Made by a program: the position numbers and the translations under genes. A DNA stretch of 64,000 bases, from the IMG/VR virus record IMGVR_UViG_3300026189_000003, positions 43,641-107,640 of that record; one strand, written 5' to 3'. The stretch is from a virus. A model generated the notes under the pieces. The model searched no databases, had not been told where the DNA came from, and worked only from the letters and a program-made list of their open reading frames with translations. Every line of letters starts with the position of its first letter. Position 1 is the stretch's first letter. Positions 40,462 to 50,331 of this stretch are shown in pieces.

Positions 40462-41208
40462 ATGGCAAAAGAACAAAGCAAAAGACAAGAATTAATTGAA
40501 GATATTAAGACTATACTGGGCGACGGTATGGTAGATGTAGAGCTTGATCCAAAGCACTACGAACAAGGTATTGATTTAGCTGTTGATAAGTTTAGACAAA
40601 AAAGCTCAAATAGTACTGAAGAAGCATACATATTTCTAGAATTTCAACCAGATGTAAACGAATATACACTATCAAGCGAAGTAATAGAAGTAAGAGATAT
40701 ATTCAGAAGATCAGTAGCAGGTTCTAATAGCAGTATTGATTTAGATCCTTTTGAACTAGCTTACACTAATTTGTACTTTTTACAAGGTGGTAGAATTGGT
40801 GGCTTATTAACATGGGATGCTTTTGCTCAATATCAAGAAGTTGTTAGAAGATTATTTGGAGGTCATATAAATTTTAAATATAATCCAAATAATAATAAAC
40901 TAACAATTATGAGAAGACCAAGAGCAAATGAAAATGTTCTTATAAGATGTTACATGGAAAAACCTGTAGATACATTAATTACAGATAGATATAGCAGATC
41001 TTGGATTAGAGATTATTCATTAGCACAATGTAAAATGATGTTAGGTGAAGCAAGATCAAAATTTGGAGCATTGCCAGGTGCTCAAGGATCGGTATCATTA
41101 AATGGTGACACTCTTAAAAATGAAGCCCAAGCATCAATAGAAAAACTTGAAAGAGATATTGAAACTTACGGCACTGGAGAAGATCCACTTACATTCGTTA
41201 TTGGATAA
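40462..41208 (+). CDS. gp13: Neck protein, gp13-like
   Basis: LGDGMVDVELD, WIRDYSLAQCKMMLGEARSKF..LPG..G.V.LNG. Confidence 0.88.
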   Translation: MAKEQSKRQELIEDIKTILGDGMVDVELDPKHYEQGIDLAVDKFRQKSSNSTEEAYIFLEFQPDVNEYTLSSEVIEVRDIFRRSVAGSNSSIDLDPFELAYTNLYFLQGGRIGGLLTWDAFAQYQEVVRRLFGGHINFKYNPNNNKLTIMRRPRANENVLIRCYMEKPVDTLITDRYSRSWIRDYSLAQCKMMLGEARSKFGALPGAQGSVSLNGDTLKNEAQASIEKLERDIETYGTGEDPLTFVIG

Positions 41209-41222
41209 ACTATAAAAATCAG

Positions 41223-41251
41223 TTGACATCTTTGTTTTTATCAAGTAATAT
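41223..41251 (+). promoter_or_regulatory. Sigma70 promoter 6 nt before the dNMP kinase ATG
   Basis: TTGACA-17-TAATAT. Confidence 0.7.
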
Positions 41252-41257
41252 AAACAT

Positions 41258-41881
41258 ATGATCATTGGACTTGTTGGATTTATCGGCTCTGGAAAAAACA
41301 CGGTTGCAGAGTCATTTCAAAAAAAAGGTTACAAATTTGATAGCTTTGCGGCACCATTAAAAGACTGTGCTTCAAGTGTATTTGGCTGGCCTAGAGAAAT
41401 GCTTGAAGGAGATTCAGATCAAAGTAGAAGTTTTAGAGAAGCACCAGACCAGTGGTGGAGTAATAAATTAGGTATAAAAGATTTTACTCCTCGTTTTGCA
41501 TTACAATATCTAGGTACAGAAATATTTAGAGATAGCTTTAATGACAACATATGGTTATCTAGTTTAGAGGGTAGATACATGGGTAATGGGCGTAAAAAAA
41601 CTATAGTGAGCGATTGTCGATTTAAGAATGAGATAGGTTTAATTAAAACTATGGGCGGAGCAGTTGTAAGAGTTTCGCGTGGTGCAGAGCCACATTGGTA
41701 TGAAACAGCTATTCAAGCCGCCGAAGGAGATGCATTTTCTCAGCATACTTTAAGTGAAATGGGTGTACATAAAAGCGAATGGGACTGGGTAAGTTCTAGG
41801 GTTGATTACACAATTTACAACGATAAAGACATTACACACTTAGATAACGAAGTAGACAAAATTATAAAAGATTTATCTTAA
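41258..41881 (+). CDS. gp1: Deoxynucleoside monophosphate kinase, gp1-like
   Basis: IIGLVGFIGSGKNT, SFAAPLKD, TPRFALQYLGTE, SDCRFKNE, HKSE. Confidence 0.92.
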   Translation: MIIGLVGFIGSGKNTVAESFQKKGYKFDSFAAPLKDCASSVFGWPREMLEGDSDQSRSFREAPDQWWSNKLGIKDFTPRFALQYLGTEIFRDSFNDNIWLSSLEGRYMGNGRKKTIVSDCRFKNEIGLIKTMGGAVVRVSRGAEPHWYETAIQAAEGDAFSQHTLSEMGVHKSEWDWVSSRVDYTIYNDKDITHLDNEVDKIIKDLS

Positions 41882-42249
41882 ACATCGGGTTTTAAATCAC
41901 CCTGCTTCCAGCCTACTTCCTCAACACTTTTTACTCTACTACAATTAGCACATATTGTTTTTAAATTATTCCAGCTAGAATTTTTTAAATTACCATCTAC
42001 ATGATAAACATCCATTTGTGCAGGGTGTTTAGCTTTAAACCCACACTTCTCACATATTGACTTTCTTTTGTATCCGCTTTTTTCCCATGAGTGTTTTAAG
42101 CCTGTTCTTAAGCCTAAATCTTCTTTTATACACTGATCGCATTTACTACGATAGTATACTTTGCCTTTACGTCTATAGTTAAACGCACTAGGCCTTGTTT
42201 TACACTTGTGACAAAGCGGTCTAATATGCTTGGAAACTTGTACATTCAT
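41878..42249 (-). CDS. HNH-like zinc-binding protein
   Basis: Four CxxC pairs; VYHVDGNLKN...NLKTICANC. Confidence 0.7.
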   Translation of the reverse strand: MNVQVSKHIRPLCHKCKTRPSAFNYRRKGKVYYRSKCDQCIKEDLGLRTGLKHSWEKSGYKRKSICEKCGFKAKHPAQMDVYHVDGNLKNSSWNNLKTICANCSRVKSVEEVGWKQGDLKPDV

Positions 42250-42314
42250 AAGTGTATTTAACAGATTCGATACCTTTAAAGGTGAGTTGTATTCAGCTTT
42301 ATTTGTGAAAAAAC

Positions 42315-42322
42315 TATAAATA
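42315..42322 (+). promoter_or_regulatory. Late promoter of the tail sheath gene
   Basis: TATAAATA. Confidence 0.7.
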
Positions 42323-42372
42323 TTAATATTAATTTAGGAAACATAATATATGTTTGAACAGGGAGATTTAAA

Positions 42373-45300
42373 ATGCCAACACTAACATCACCAGGTGTAT
42401 CAGTAAGCGTCATTGATGAATCTATGTATGCCCCGGCCGGCCAAGGTACAGTACCTTTGGTTGTACTTGCAACTAAACAGGATAAAACAGATCCAAGTTC
42501 AAGTAACATAGCAGTAGGAACAACTGCCGCTAATGCCGGTAAGCCATATTTGATTACATCTCAACGTGAACTAGTTACAACCTTCGGCGAACCAGCTTTC
42601 CAATCGTTGTCAGGAACACAAATTCACGGCGATGAAAGAAATGAGTATGGTTTGCTATCAACTTATTCTTATTTAGGAATTTCAAATAGAGCTTATGTTG
42701 TAAGAGCAAATATTGACTTAGACGAAGTCAAAGCTTCATCAACAGCTCCAGCACTAACACCAGCAAACGGAACATACTGGTTAGACACTACCAACACAGA
42801 CTTCGGTTTATTTCAAGCGAATACAACCGCAGGTGCATGGGAAAAACTAACACCAGCAGTATTAATGGACAAACCGGGTGCAAATGGTGGTAACGTATCA
42901 TCAGCTGGTACAGGTGCTAAACCAATATCAAGTTATGGTAACAACGGAGACTTTGCTATCGTAGGTTCAGCCACACCAATTAGAGCTTATCAAAAAATAG
43001 GCGGTGCGTGGTTAGTAATCGGCGGTGGTACTTGGAAAGGTGCTTCAGGTACAAACGGTGCTAACGTTTATATTAGACCAGGTACAGGAACACCACCAAC
43101 AGTAGCCAAAACAGGTAACTTCAATGATATATGGTTAAAAACAACTTCAGCAGGACAAGGTGCTAACATCGTTGTTAAGAAATACAGTTCTTCAACAGGT
43201 GCATTTTCATCAGTCACAGCTAACGTCTACTCAAGAGATGATTCAGCTACTGCTTCTTTAGGATCAGGACTTGCAGAAAATGACGTCTATGTAAGATTTG
43301 ACGATTGGTCAGATGAAACTATGGCGGCAGAAATAAAAGCAAACTTGATTTCTTCAGCATCAACTTTAGCAACTACGGCCGTATCTAAAAGAGATATTCT
43401 AACAAACGCAGGTGCAACAGCATCTCCGGAGATAGAATTTAACTTAAGAGTTAGAGGCGCAGGTACTTCAACAGTCATAACTGGTACAACTTCACTACAC
43501 AGTGGAATTAACTTAACTGGTTCTGAAACACACGCGGTATTTGAGCTTAACGGTCAAACAATAACAGCAGTAGGTTCTGGCGCAGGCGGAACAGTATCAC
43601 TAGCAAACGTTGTAACTGCAATTAATAATTCAGCTTCAACAACTGGTGGCGTATCAGCTGATATTGATTATCAAAGTGCTACAAAACAATATCTAAGATT
43701 AACTAGAGCAGGTGGTTATGCAGTCTACATCCAAAAATCAGATGATGACAGTAACGTGGCGACTCAAGCATCAGAAGTAACAGCATTAGGATTTACTCCT
43801 AATCTTGCTGTAGCTTCAGCGGCACATAAAGCATACTACAAAACACTTTGGTCAGATCTAAGTTATGAAGCATCTAATTCAGCACCAACTAGTGATCCAG
43901 TTAATGGAACACTTTGGTACAAATCAACACAAGACGCTGATATCTTTATAGCAGTTAACGATGGCGGAACAATGAAATGGCACGCCTACGCAAACTCAAA
44001 AGATAGATTCACAGCAGGTTCAGTTGTATCAGGTGGTTTAAAAGATTTACAAATTGTATCTTCAGAACCAACTACACAATCAGATGGAACTGCTTTAGAA
44101 TCAGGCGATGTTTGGATTGATTCAAATGAGTTAGACTCATATCCAAAAGTTTACAAATACAACACAGGAACAAGCAAATGGGTATTAATTGATAATACAG
44201 ACCAAAGCTCTGCATCAGGAATAGTTTTTGCAGATGCAGTTGGTAATCCAGGCGGTACAGGTGAAGACGGTCAAGATTGGGGTTCAGCATACAGCAACTT
44301 CCATTCAGATGCACCAGATCCAGCTGTATATCCAGAAGGCATTTTGCTTTTCAATACAAGACTATCAGGTTACAATGTTAAAAAATACGTAACAAACTAC
44401 ACTTTTGATAGTACAAACAACGGAAATGTTTGGGTAACTGAATCAGGTAATAGAGTAGATGGCACACCATTTATGGGTAGAGCCGCTCAAAGAAGAGTTA
44501 TTGTTACTGCAATGCAGGCCGCATTAGCAAACAATGATGATATCAGAGCAGAATCTAGATTCTTTAACTTGATTGCCGCACCAGGATATCCAGAGTTGTT
44601 AGACGAAATGATTACATTAAGTACAGACAGAAAATTAACTGCTTTCGTACTTGGTGATACTCCATTTAGACTAGCACCAGACGGAACTTCAGTACAAAAC
44701 TGGGCAACTAATACAGATAAAGCCGCAACAAATGGTGAAGAAGGTTTAACTTCAGCATCAGCTTTTGCTGGTTTATATTATCCATCAGGTTTTACAACAA
44801 ACTTAGATGGTAATAATGTAACTGTTCCACCAACGCATATTGCGATGAGAACAATTGCATTTAATGATCAGGTTGCTTTTCCATGGTTCGCACCAGCAGG
44901 ATACACAAGAGGTATAGTTGACAATTCAACTTCAGTAGGTTATATCACAACTGAAGGAGAGTTTCAACCAGTAACTTTATCAGAAGGTCAAAGAGATACG
45001 TTATACGCAAACAAGATTAACCCGATTGCGTTTATTCCAAATAGAGGTTTAACAGTGTTTGGTCAGAAAACATTATCACCAGTGTCATCAGCTCTGGATA
45101 GAATTAATGTTGCAAGACTAATAGTACACATGAGATATCAGTTAGACTTATTAGCGAAACCGTTCTTGTTTGAACCAAATGATAGAGTAACAAGAGATCA
45201 AGTAACAGATACATTTAACAGATTCATGGAAGATTTAGTGACTAAGAGAGCACTATTTGATTTCCTAGTAGTTTGTGATGAAACAAATAACACAGGTGCA

Positions 45301-45414
45301 AGAATTGATAGAAATGAATTGTACATTGATATTGCAATACAACCAGTAAAAGCAATTGAATTTATATACATTCCACTTCGAATCAAAAACACAGGTGAGG
45401 ATTTAACAAGTTAA
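42373..45414 (+). CDS. gp18: Contractile tail sheath protein with a large inserted domain
   Basis: SPGVSVSVIDES, PWFAPAGYTRG, RDTLYANKINPI, FGQKT, SALDRINVARL, FEPND, IQPVKAIEFIYI. Confidence 0.97.
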   Translation: MPTLTSPGVSVSVIDESMYAPAGQGTVPLVVLATKQDKTDPSSSNIAVGTTAANAGKPYLITSQRELVTTFGEPAFQSLSGTQIHGDERNEYGLLSTYSYLGISNRAYVVRANIDLDEVKASSTAPALTPANGTYWLDTTNTDFGLFQANTTAGAWEKLTPAVLMDKPGANGGNVSSAGTGAKPISSYGNNGDFAIVGSATPIRAYQKIGGAWLVIGGGTWKGASGTNGANVYIRPGTGTPPTVAKTGNFNDIWLKTTSAGQGANIVVKKYSSSTGAFSSVTANVYSRDDSATASLGSGLAENDVYVRFDDWSDETMAAEIKANLISSASTLATTAVSKRDILTNAGATASPEIEFNLRVRGAGTSTVITGTTSLHSGINLTGSETHAVFELNGQTITAVGSGAGGTVSLANVVTAINNSASTTGGVSADIDYQSATKQYLRLTRAGGYAVYIQKSDDDSNVATQASEVTALGFTPNLAVASAAHKAYYKTLWSDLSYEASNSAPTSDPVNGTLWYKSTQDADIFIAVNDGGTMKWHAYANSKDRFTAGSVVSGGLKDLQIVSSEPTTQSDGTALESGDVWIDSNELDSYPKVYKYNTGTSKWVLIDNTDQSSASGIVFADAVGNPGGTGEDGQDWGSAYSNFHSDAPDPAVYPEGILLFNTRLSGYNVKKYVTNYTFDSTNNGNVWVTESGNRVDGTPFMGRAAQRRVIVTAMQAALANNDDIRAESRFFNLIAAPGYPELLDEMITLSTDRKLTAFVLGDTPFRLAPDGTSVQNWATNTDKAATNGEEGLTSASAFAGLYYPSGFTTNLDGNNVTVPPTHIAMRTIAFNDQVAFPWFAPAGYTRGIVDNSTSVGYITTEGEFQPVTLSEGQRDTLYANKINPIAFIPNRGLTVFGQKTLSPVSSALDRINVARLIVHMRYQLDLLAKPFLFEPNDRVTRDQVTDTFNRFMEDLVTKRALFDFLVVCDETNNTGARIDRNELYIDIAIQPVKAIEFIYIPLRIKNTGEDLTS

Positions 45415-45427
45415 TTAAAGAATAGTT

Positions 45428-45451
45428 AAGGGGATAGGCAACTATCCCTTT
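45428..45451 (+). terminator. Hairpin between sheath and tube genes (terminator or stabiliser)
   Basis: AAGGGGATAG GCAA CTATCCCTTT. Confidence 0.6.
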
Positions 45452-45528
45452 AATAACCCTTTAACAAATTTTTTACAATGGTAAGAAACAAATTAAAGAG
45501 TAAATACAGTAATAAGGAGCAGTAGACA

Positions 45529-46122
45529 ATGGCAACACTTTCAAAATTTGGTGTACCAATCGACGGATCGACAGGTAGAGGTGGTATTTTACAACCTAAA
45601 TTAAAATATAGATTTAGAGTAAGATTCACTAACTTTGGGAATCTAGGTGCTTCTCCACTGCAATTAACACAACAAGTTATGTCAGTAACGAGACCAAAAG
45701 TAAATCATGAGGAAGTACCAGTTCACTCGTACAACTCAATTTCATATATGCAAGGTAAACATACATGGGAAGCGATTAACATTACTTTAAGGGACGATAT
45801 TAACAATAACATTTCTAAACTAGTTGGACAACAAGTTCAGAAACAAATGAACCACTTTGAACAAACTTCAGCAGTAGCTGGATCTAATTACAAGTTTGGT
45901 ACTAAAATAGAAATATTAGATGGTACTAATAACACAGAATTAGAGCAATGGGACGTAGAAGGTTGCTTCTTACAGAACGTTGATTATTCAGATGGTGACT
46001 ATGCAGTGTCAGAACCAGTACAAGTTATTTTGACAATAAGATATGATAACGCAATACATCAAGCACCGGGTGATACAATTTTCCCTCTACTTTCAGTAGG
46101 TCTTGGTGGTACGAACGCATAA
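45529..46122 (+). CDS. gp19: Tail tube protein
   Basis: PKLKYRFRV, GKHTWEAINITLRDD, EQW...GCF, LTIRYDNA; follows sheath. Confidence 0.9.
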   Translation: MATLSKFGVPIDGSTGRGGILQPKLKYRFRVRFTNFGNLGASPLQLTQQVMSVTRPKVNHEEVPVHSYNSISYMQGKHTWEAINITLRDDINNNISKLVGQQVQKQMNHFEQTSAVAGSNYKFGTKIEILDGTNNTELEQWDVEGCFLQNVDYSDGDYAVSEPVQVILTIRYDNAIHQAPGDTIFPLLSVGLGGTNA

Positions 46123-46147
46123 TATTATTAGTCTATAAACTTGTTCG

Positions 46148-47158
46148 ATGAGTACAGTATTAAAACCCGCAAACAGAGCCGCGAAACTTTATACAAGCGG
46201 CTCTGACTTTCAATCAGCACCCAGACAACAACATCAGTTTGTAGTAGTTTTCAACTTATATCCTGATGTTATTGACAGCTTTCTGAGACCACAACAACAA
46301 TTCTTAAAAAACTTTAGAGACAATTTACATTTTATTTGTCATACTGTTGATGCACCTAATTTTAGTGTAGTACAAGATATTGTTAATCAGTACAATCGAA
46401 AAAGAGTTATTAATAGAAAAGTAGAATTTGATCCTATGACGTTAAGAATGTATGACACACATGACGGCTTGGGAATAAAATTTATAAAACTATTGTATGA
46501 ATTTGAATTCAATTCAGCAAGGCTTTATAAGAAAAAAGGATCAGGTACAAGAGATGTTAATGAAGACCACAACTACATTCAAAGTATCTATCAAACAGAA
46601 GAACAGTTTCAACGTACTCATAACTTTGGTTTAAGAGAGTTTGAAGCAGACAAACACAGATTATTAAAAAGCATAGACTTCTATCAACTTGCAGGTAAAG
46701 TTTATACAAAGACAAGAGTAGTACATCCTAGATTGTCTAGAGTAGATATGGATAACTTTGATTATAGCTCGAGTCAACCAGTTAATTTAGCAATGGCATT
46801 TACATATGAAAACTTATTATTTGAAGAAGTAAATGTAGAATTTGAAGAAGCTGAATATGATTTAAAAGCCATGATGGATGAAACAGCAGACTTTGAAGAT
46901 TTTGTTCCAGCTCCACCTTCAACAGAAAAATCTCCGGCTTTGACTAAAAAAGATGGACCACCTCCGGGACATCCTGAATATAACAAAGGTGCAGGAGGAA
47001 AAGAACCAGCACTGGAAACTGCCAACGAAACACTTAACAATTTAAATGTACAAAAAGTTGTTGATGGAGTTGGTAATGTTAAAAATGAAGTAGCTGGAAA
47101 AGTCAGGAATACAGCCAAGTCAATTGGTAGTATGTTTAACTTTGGTGGAAAAGCCTAA
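46148..47158 (+). CDS. Tail-tube-like paralogue (gp19/gp54 fold)
   Basis: VDAPNF...NQYNRKR...FDPMTLRMYD...DYSSSQP..L.M.F.YE. Confidence 0.6.
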   Translation: MSTVLKPANRAAKLYTSGSDFQSAPRQQHQFVVVFNLYPDVIDSFLRPQQQFLKNFRDNLHFICHTVDAPNFSVVQDIVNQYNRKRVINRKVEFDPMTLRMYDTHDGLGIKFIKLLYEFEFNSARLYKKKGSGTRDVNEDHNYIQSIYQTEEQFQRTHNFGLREFEADKHRLLKSIDFYQLAGKVYTKTRVVHPRLSRVDMDNFDYSSSQPVNLAMAFTYENLLFEEVNVEFEEAEYDLKAMMDETADFEDFVPAPPSTEKSPALTKKDGPPPGHPEYNKGAGGKEPALETANETLNNLNVQKVVDGVGNVKNEVAGKVRNTAKSIGSMFNFGGKA

Positions 47159-47592
47159 TGAGCAATAAAAGAATAAGCACACAATTATTTGAAGGTATAG
47201 GAGCAATCAAACAAGTCATAAGACAGTTTGGTACAATTACAAATGAATTGGCTACTAATTCTTTAGATCCATCAACAGCCATACTTGAAAATATTGATCC
47301 ATCAGTTGCTAGACAAAGTATTAATGGTGGCAAGTATGATATTATAAAAGGCATTTTTGACAAACACGTCGAGAACGAGCAGTTGTCAAATGCATATACA
47401 TTATTGGCCTTAGATGCTTTAAAAAAGTTTAATTTAAGATTTGATGAATTACTAGAAGAAAAAGAAAACAGTATTTCATTTAGTGAATTAGGTATTGCAG
47501 TGCTTAATAATTATAGACCAAGTACAAGTCAACTTGGTAATAAACAGCCAATAACTGCAACACCAAATGTTGCAAGACATATTATACAATAA
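47158..47592 (+). CDS. Hypothetical tail-associated protein
   Basis: Translationally coupled (TAATG) to the previous gene. Confidence 0.65.
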   Translation: MSNKRISTQLFEGIGAIKQVIRQFGTITNELATNSLDPSTAILENIDPSVARQSINGGKYDIIKGIFDKHVENEQLSNAYTLLALDALKKFNLRFDELLEEKENSISFSELGIAVLNNYRPSTSQLGNKQPITATPNVARHIIQ

Positions 47593-47613
47593 TAAAACGA
47601 AGTAAATACTTGT

Positions 47614-48039
47614 ATGAGAAAGTTTCACTCGGGTACATATGAGCCAAAGAATCCTCAAAAATATGCTGGGAAAAAGAATCCCAGATATAGATCAGGTTGG
47701 GAATTAACCTTCATGCGAATGTGTGATAACCACCCAGCTGTTTTAAGTTGGCAAAGTGAGCCAGTAAGAATACCATATAGAAATCCATTTACTGGAGACT
47801 ATACATATTACGTTCCTGATTTTGTAATGATATATAAAAATAAGACAGGACGTAAAGTAGCCGAGTTAGTTGAAATAAAACCTAGTAGCCAAACTATTTT
47901 GGAAAGAGCTAAAAATAAGTACGATAAAGCTAGAATAATATTAAATAAAGCAAAATGGAAAGCGGCAGGCGAGTGGGCAAAGAGAAAAGGAATGCGATTT
48001 AGGGTCTTGAATGAAGACTCAATATATGCTATAAAGTAA
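47614..48039 (+). CDS. gp4: Head completion nuclease, gp4-like (TnsA fold)
   Basis: PKNPQKYAG, YRSGWE..FM..CD, WQSE, YVPDF, EIKP, NKAKW.AA. Confidence 0.92.
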   Translation: MRKFHSGTYEPKNPQKYAGKKNPRYRSGWELTFMRMCDNHPAVLSWQSEPVRIPYRNPFTGDYTYYVPDFVMIYKNKTGRKVAELVEIKPSSQTILERAKNKYDKARIILNKAKWKAAGEWAKRKGMRFRVLNEDSIYAIK

Positions 48040-48040
48040 T

Positions 48041-48643
48041 ATGAATAAAAAATTAGAAGAAACATTTAACTTACCAAGCATGGAAGAAGCTATGGAAAAA
48101 GAAAAAGAAGAGATAGAAAACCATATTGAAGAAAACACACTGTCAACACCTTTGTCAGAATATGAAGCAATAGAAGAAGCTACAGAAGAAAAAGAAACTA
48201 GCAAAGAACTTGAAGAACAACAAGTTAAAAAAGCATTATCAACTGCTGAAAAGATCGACAAAGCATTACCACAAGTTAAAGACTTAGAATCACATGATTC
48301 TGATATGGACCAATATTCTACGGAAGCTATAAAGAGCTACAAAGAGCTTATGGATTTAGGTATGGCGTCAGAAGCCAGACACGCAGGTAAGTTTTTTGAA
48401 GTAGCACAAACAATGATGAAGAACGCCATAGAGGCTAAAAACGCCAAAGCTGACAAAAAATTGCGTATGATTGAGCTACAACTTAAGAAACAAAGGGTAG
48501 ATCAATGGGATAATAAAGGCGGAAAAGACGAAGAAATCATTGAAGGAGAGGGCTATATTGTAGGAGATCGCAACAAATTATTAGATCAAATCATTGATAG
48601 AGTTAACGAAAACGACAAAGATACTGACAAAGGAGATAAATAA
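48041..48643 (+). CDS. gp16: Probable terminase small subunit
   Basis: Helical; AIKSYKELMDLG...HAGKFFEVA..M; C-terminal DRNKLL; near gp4 and gp17. Confidence 0.55.
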   Translation: MNKKLEETFNLPSMEEAMEKEKEEIENHIEENTLSTPLSEYEAIEEATEEKETSKELEEQQVKKALSTAEKIDKALPQVKDLESHDSDMDQYSTEAIKSYKELMDLGMASEARHAGKFFEVAQTMMKNAIEAKNAKADKKLRMIELQLKKQRVDQWDNKGGKDEEIIEGEGYIVGDRNKLLDQIIDRVNENDKDTDKGDK

Positions 48644-48647
48644 TTGT

Positions 48648-49271
48648 ATGAAAACGTTTAAGCAATACCTAGCGGAAGCAGTCAAAGAAATTCCAGTTAG
48701 AATAAAAGTAGCATCTGAAGTAACAGATGATATGATGAATACTATTGAGTCTGAATTACAAAGATATGATGTAGTTACAGTAGGCTCTCCACAAAAAACT
48801 ATTATGCAAGAGCATCCATTAGATTTTGGAACTAAAATTAGAAATGCAGAAGTGTTTATAATTGACGCTGTTATAAGAATGCCAATGAGTTTTGAAACGT
48901 TTAGAAGAAATTTATCTGATAAAACGGGTATACCATATGATTACGTTGTAGTCAAAGGTGAGAACGATCCGTTAGAAGCAGAAAACGAAGCTGAGATTAA
49001 AAGAAACACAGCTAACGCAGAAGACTATGAACCAAAGATAGGCCAAGAATATACTGACGAAGAAGGTAAAGTTGAAGGCGAACACTTTGGTGAAAAGCAC
49101 AAAGAGAATTTTTTAAAGACTTTACAAGATAATAAAGAGAAAGATCCAGATAGAGCTGAGGTTACAGTTGAAGGACCATTAAGTCAAAAGAAAGCAGATG
49201 CACCAGCTGACAATAGTCAGCCTAAAGAAAGCGAAGCATCAGCATCTCCTTTAACAAAGGACAACAGATAA
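48648..49271 (+). CDS. Probable internal head protein with an N-terminal capsid-targeting-like sequence
   Basis: Start at 48648 (AGGAG, TAAATA-N5-ATG); MKTFKQYLAE resembles the T4 CTS MKTYQEFIAE. Confidence 0.65.
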   Translation: MKTFKQYLAEAVKEIPVRIKVASEVTDDMMNTIESELQRYDVVTVGSPQKTIMQEHPLDFGTKIRNAEVFIIDAVIRMPMSFETFRRNLSDKTGIPYDYVVVKGENDPLEAENEAEIKRNTANAEDYEPKIGQEYTDEEGKVEGEHFGEKHKENFLKTLQDNKEKDPDRAEVTVEGPLSQKKADAPADNSQPKESEASASPLTKDNR

Positions 49272-49756
49272 TGGAGCCTAAAGTTCAGAAGTATTCAGTA
49301 CACGTGAACGATCTTGGAGACTTTGATTTAGACGAAGATAGATCAATTGCACCATCAATTGAGTTTGCTCTTAAACAGGCAGGCATTGAAGCAACAGTTG
49401 ATCAAAACGAATTTAATAGTTCTGGTGTAGAAGTTAGTACAACAGCTACAGCAGGCGAAGTTGAAACAGCTCTACAAAGAGATGAAATAGATGCAGAGGT
49501 ATCAATTATGGAAGACAACGAGCAATATGTAAAAACTGGTCCAGGTCATTTTAAACAAGATGACTTTACTACTTCAGTTAAAAAATCAAAGAAATTTAAA
49601 TACGTTCCAGCAAAACATGGTGACAATGGTTTAGCAAATGAAGATGAGCTAACCAAAGAAAAAGTCAAAGAGATGGAAGAACGCTTTGATAAGCTGATGG
49701 TAGAATACCAAGAGTTTATAGCTGAGTCATCAGATCAAAAAAAAAGACTGAAATAA
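49271..49756 (+). CDS. Acidic probable internal head protein (short, unshifted product)
   Basis: Coupled to the upstream gene (TAATG); ends YQEFIAESSDQKKRLK across an A9 run. Confidence 0.7.
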   Translation: MEPKVQKYSVHVNDLGDFDLDEDRSIAPSIEFALKQAGIEATVDQNEFNSSGVEVSTTATAGEVETALQRDEIDAEVSIMEDNEQYVKTGPGHFKQDDFTTSVKKSKKFKYVPAKHGDNGLANEDELTKEKVKEMEERFDKLMVEYQEFIAESSDQKKRLK

Positions 49757-50316
49757 GCGAAGCTCCATTTACCCAGCCAACAGGCAGTGCGGCGAATACA
49801 CCTGCACCGACTCCTACATCAAACGCCATTGGCGATGAAGAAAAAAAGCAGGCAAGATCTAGATCACAAGACGCAATAACAAACGTTATTTCCAGAGACT
49901 ATAATGACCTCATAAAGAAAAGAGGTATAGCTAAAAATGATCCTATGTTCCAAAAAGCAATTGGACAAATTTTTTCAATTGGCACAGGACAAAGAAACAA
50001 AGGCAAAATTATCACAGTAGGTGACGTTGATGATGTTGCTAGAAGTATCAGACAAACTAAATCAGGAATAGGTCCTATAAGAACAGGCAAACAAGATGTT
50101 GGCCTAATTAAAAAAGTATTAGGCAGATTACCATCAGGTGAACCTTTCGCAGGGTTAGAAGACATGATTAATACACCAGAAGATGCTGAGAAGTTTATGA
50201 AGATTAGAGATTTAAGCCTTGACATTTTAAACACAATCAGTACAGAGAGAAAACTGAGAGGATTGGCAGACTTACCTAATGCCTTTGATGATTTTGAACG
50301 TTCAGTAACTGGATAA
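49744..50316 (+). CDS. C-terminal extension in the -1 frame (includes track ORF 49945-50316)
   Basis: Frame is open from 49726 to 50316; reads KTEISEAPFTQPTGS...NDPMFQKAIGQ...; first ATG only at 49945. Confidence 0.65.
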   Translation, partial: KTEISEAPFTQPTGSAANTPAPTPTSNAIGDEEKKQARSRSQDAITNVISRDYNDLIKKRGIAKNDPMFQKAIGQIFSIGTGQRNKGKIITVGDVDDVARSIRQTKSGIGPIRTGKQDVGLIKKVLGRLPSGEPFAGLEDMINTPEDAEKFMKIRDLSLDILNTISTERKLRGLADLPNAFDDFERSVTG

Positions 50317-50331
50317 TTAAAAGATTCTATC

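Noticed and set aside
41878-42249. Mobile HNH homing endonuclease
   Set aside because: Short, degenerate HNH with no separate DNA-binding domain, and under a late promoter; more likely a resident gene
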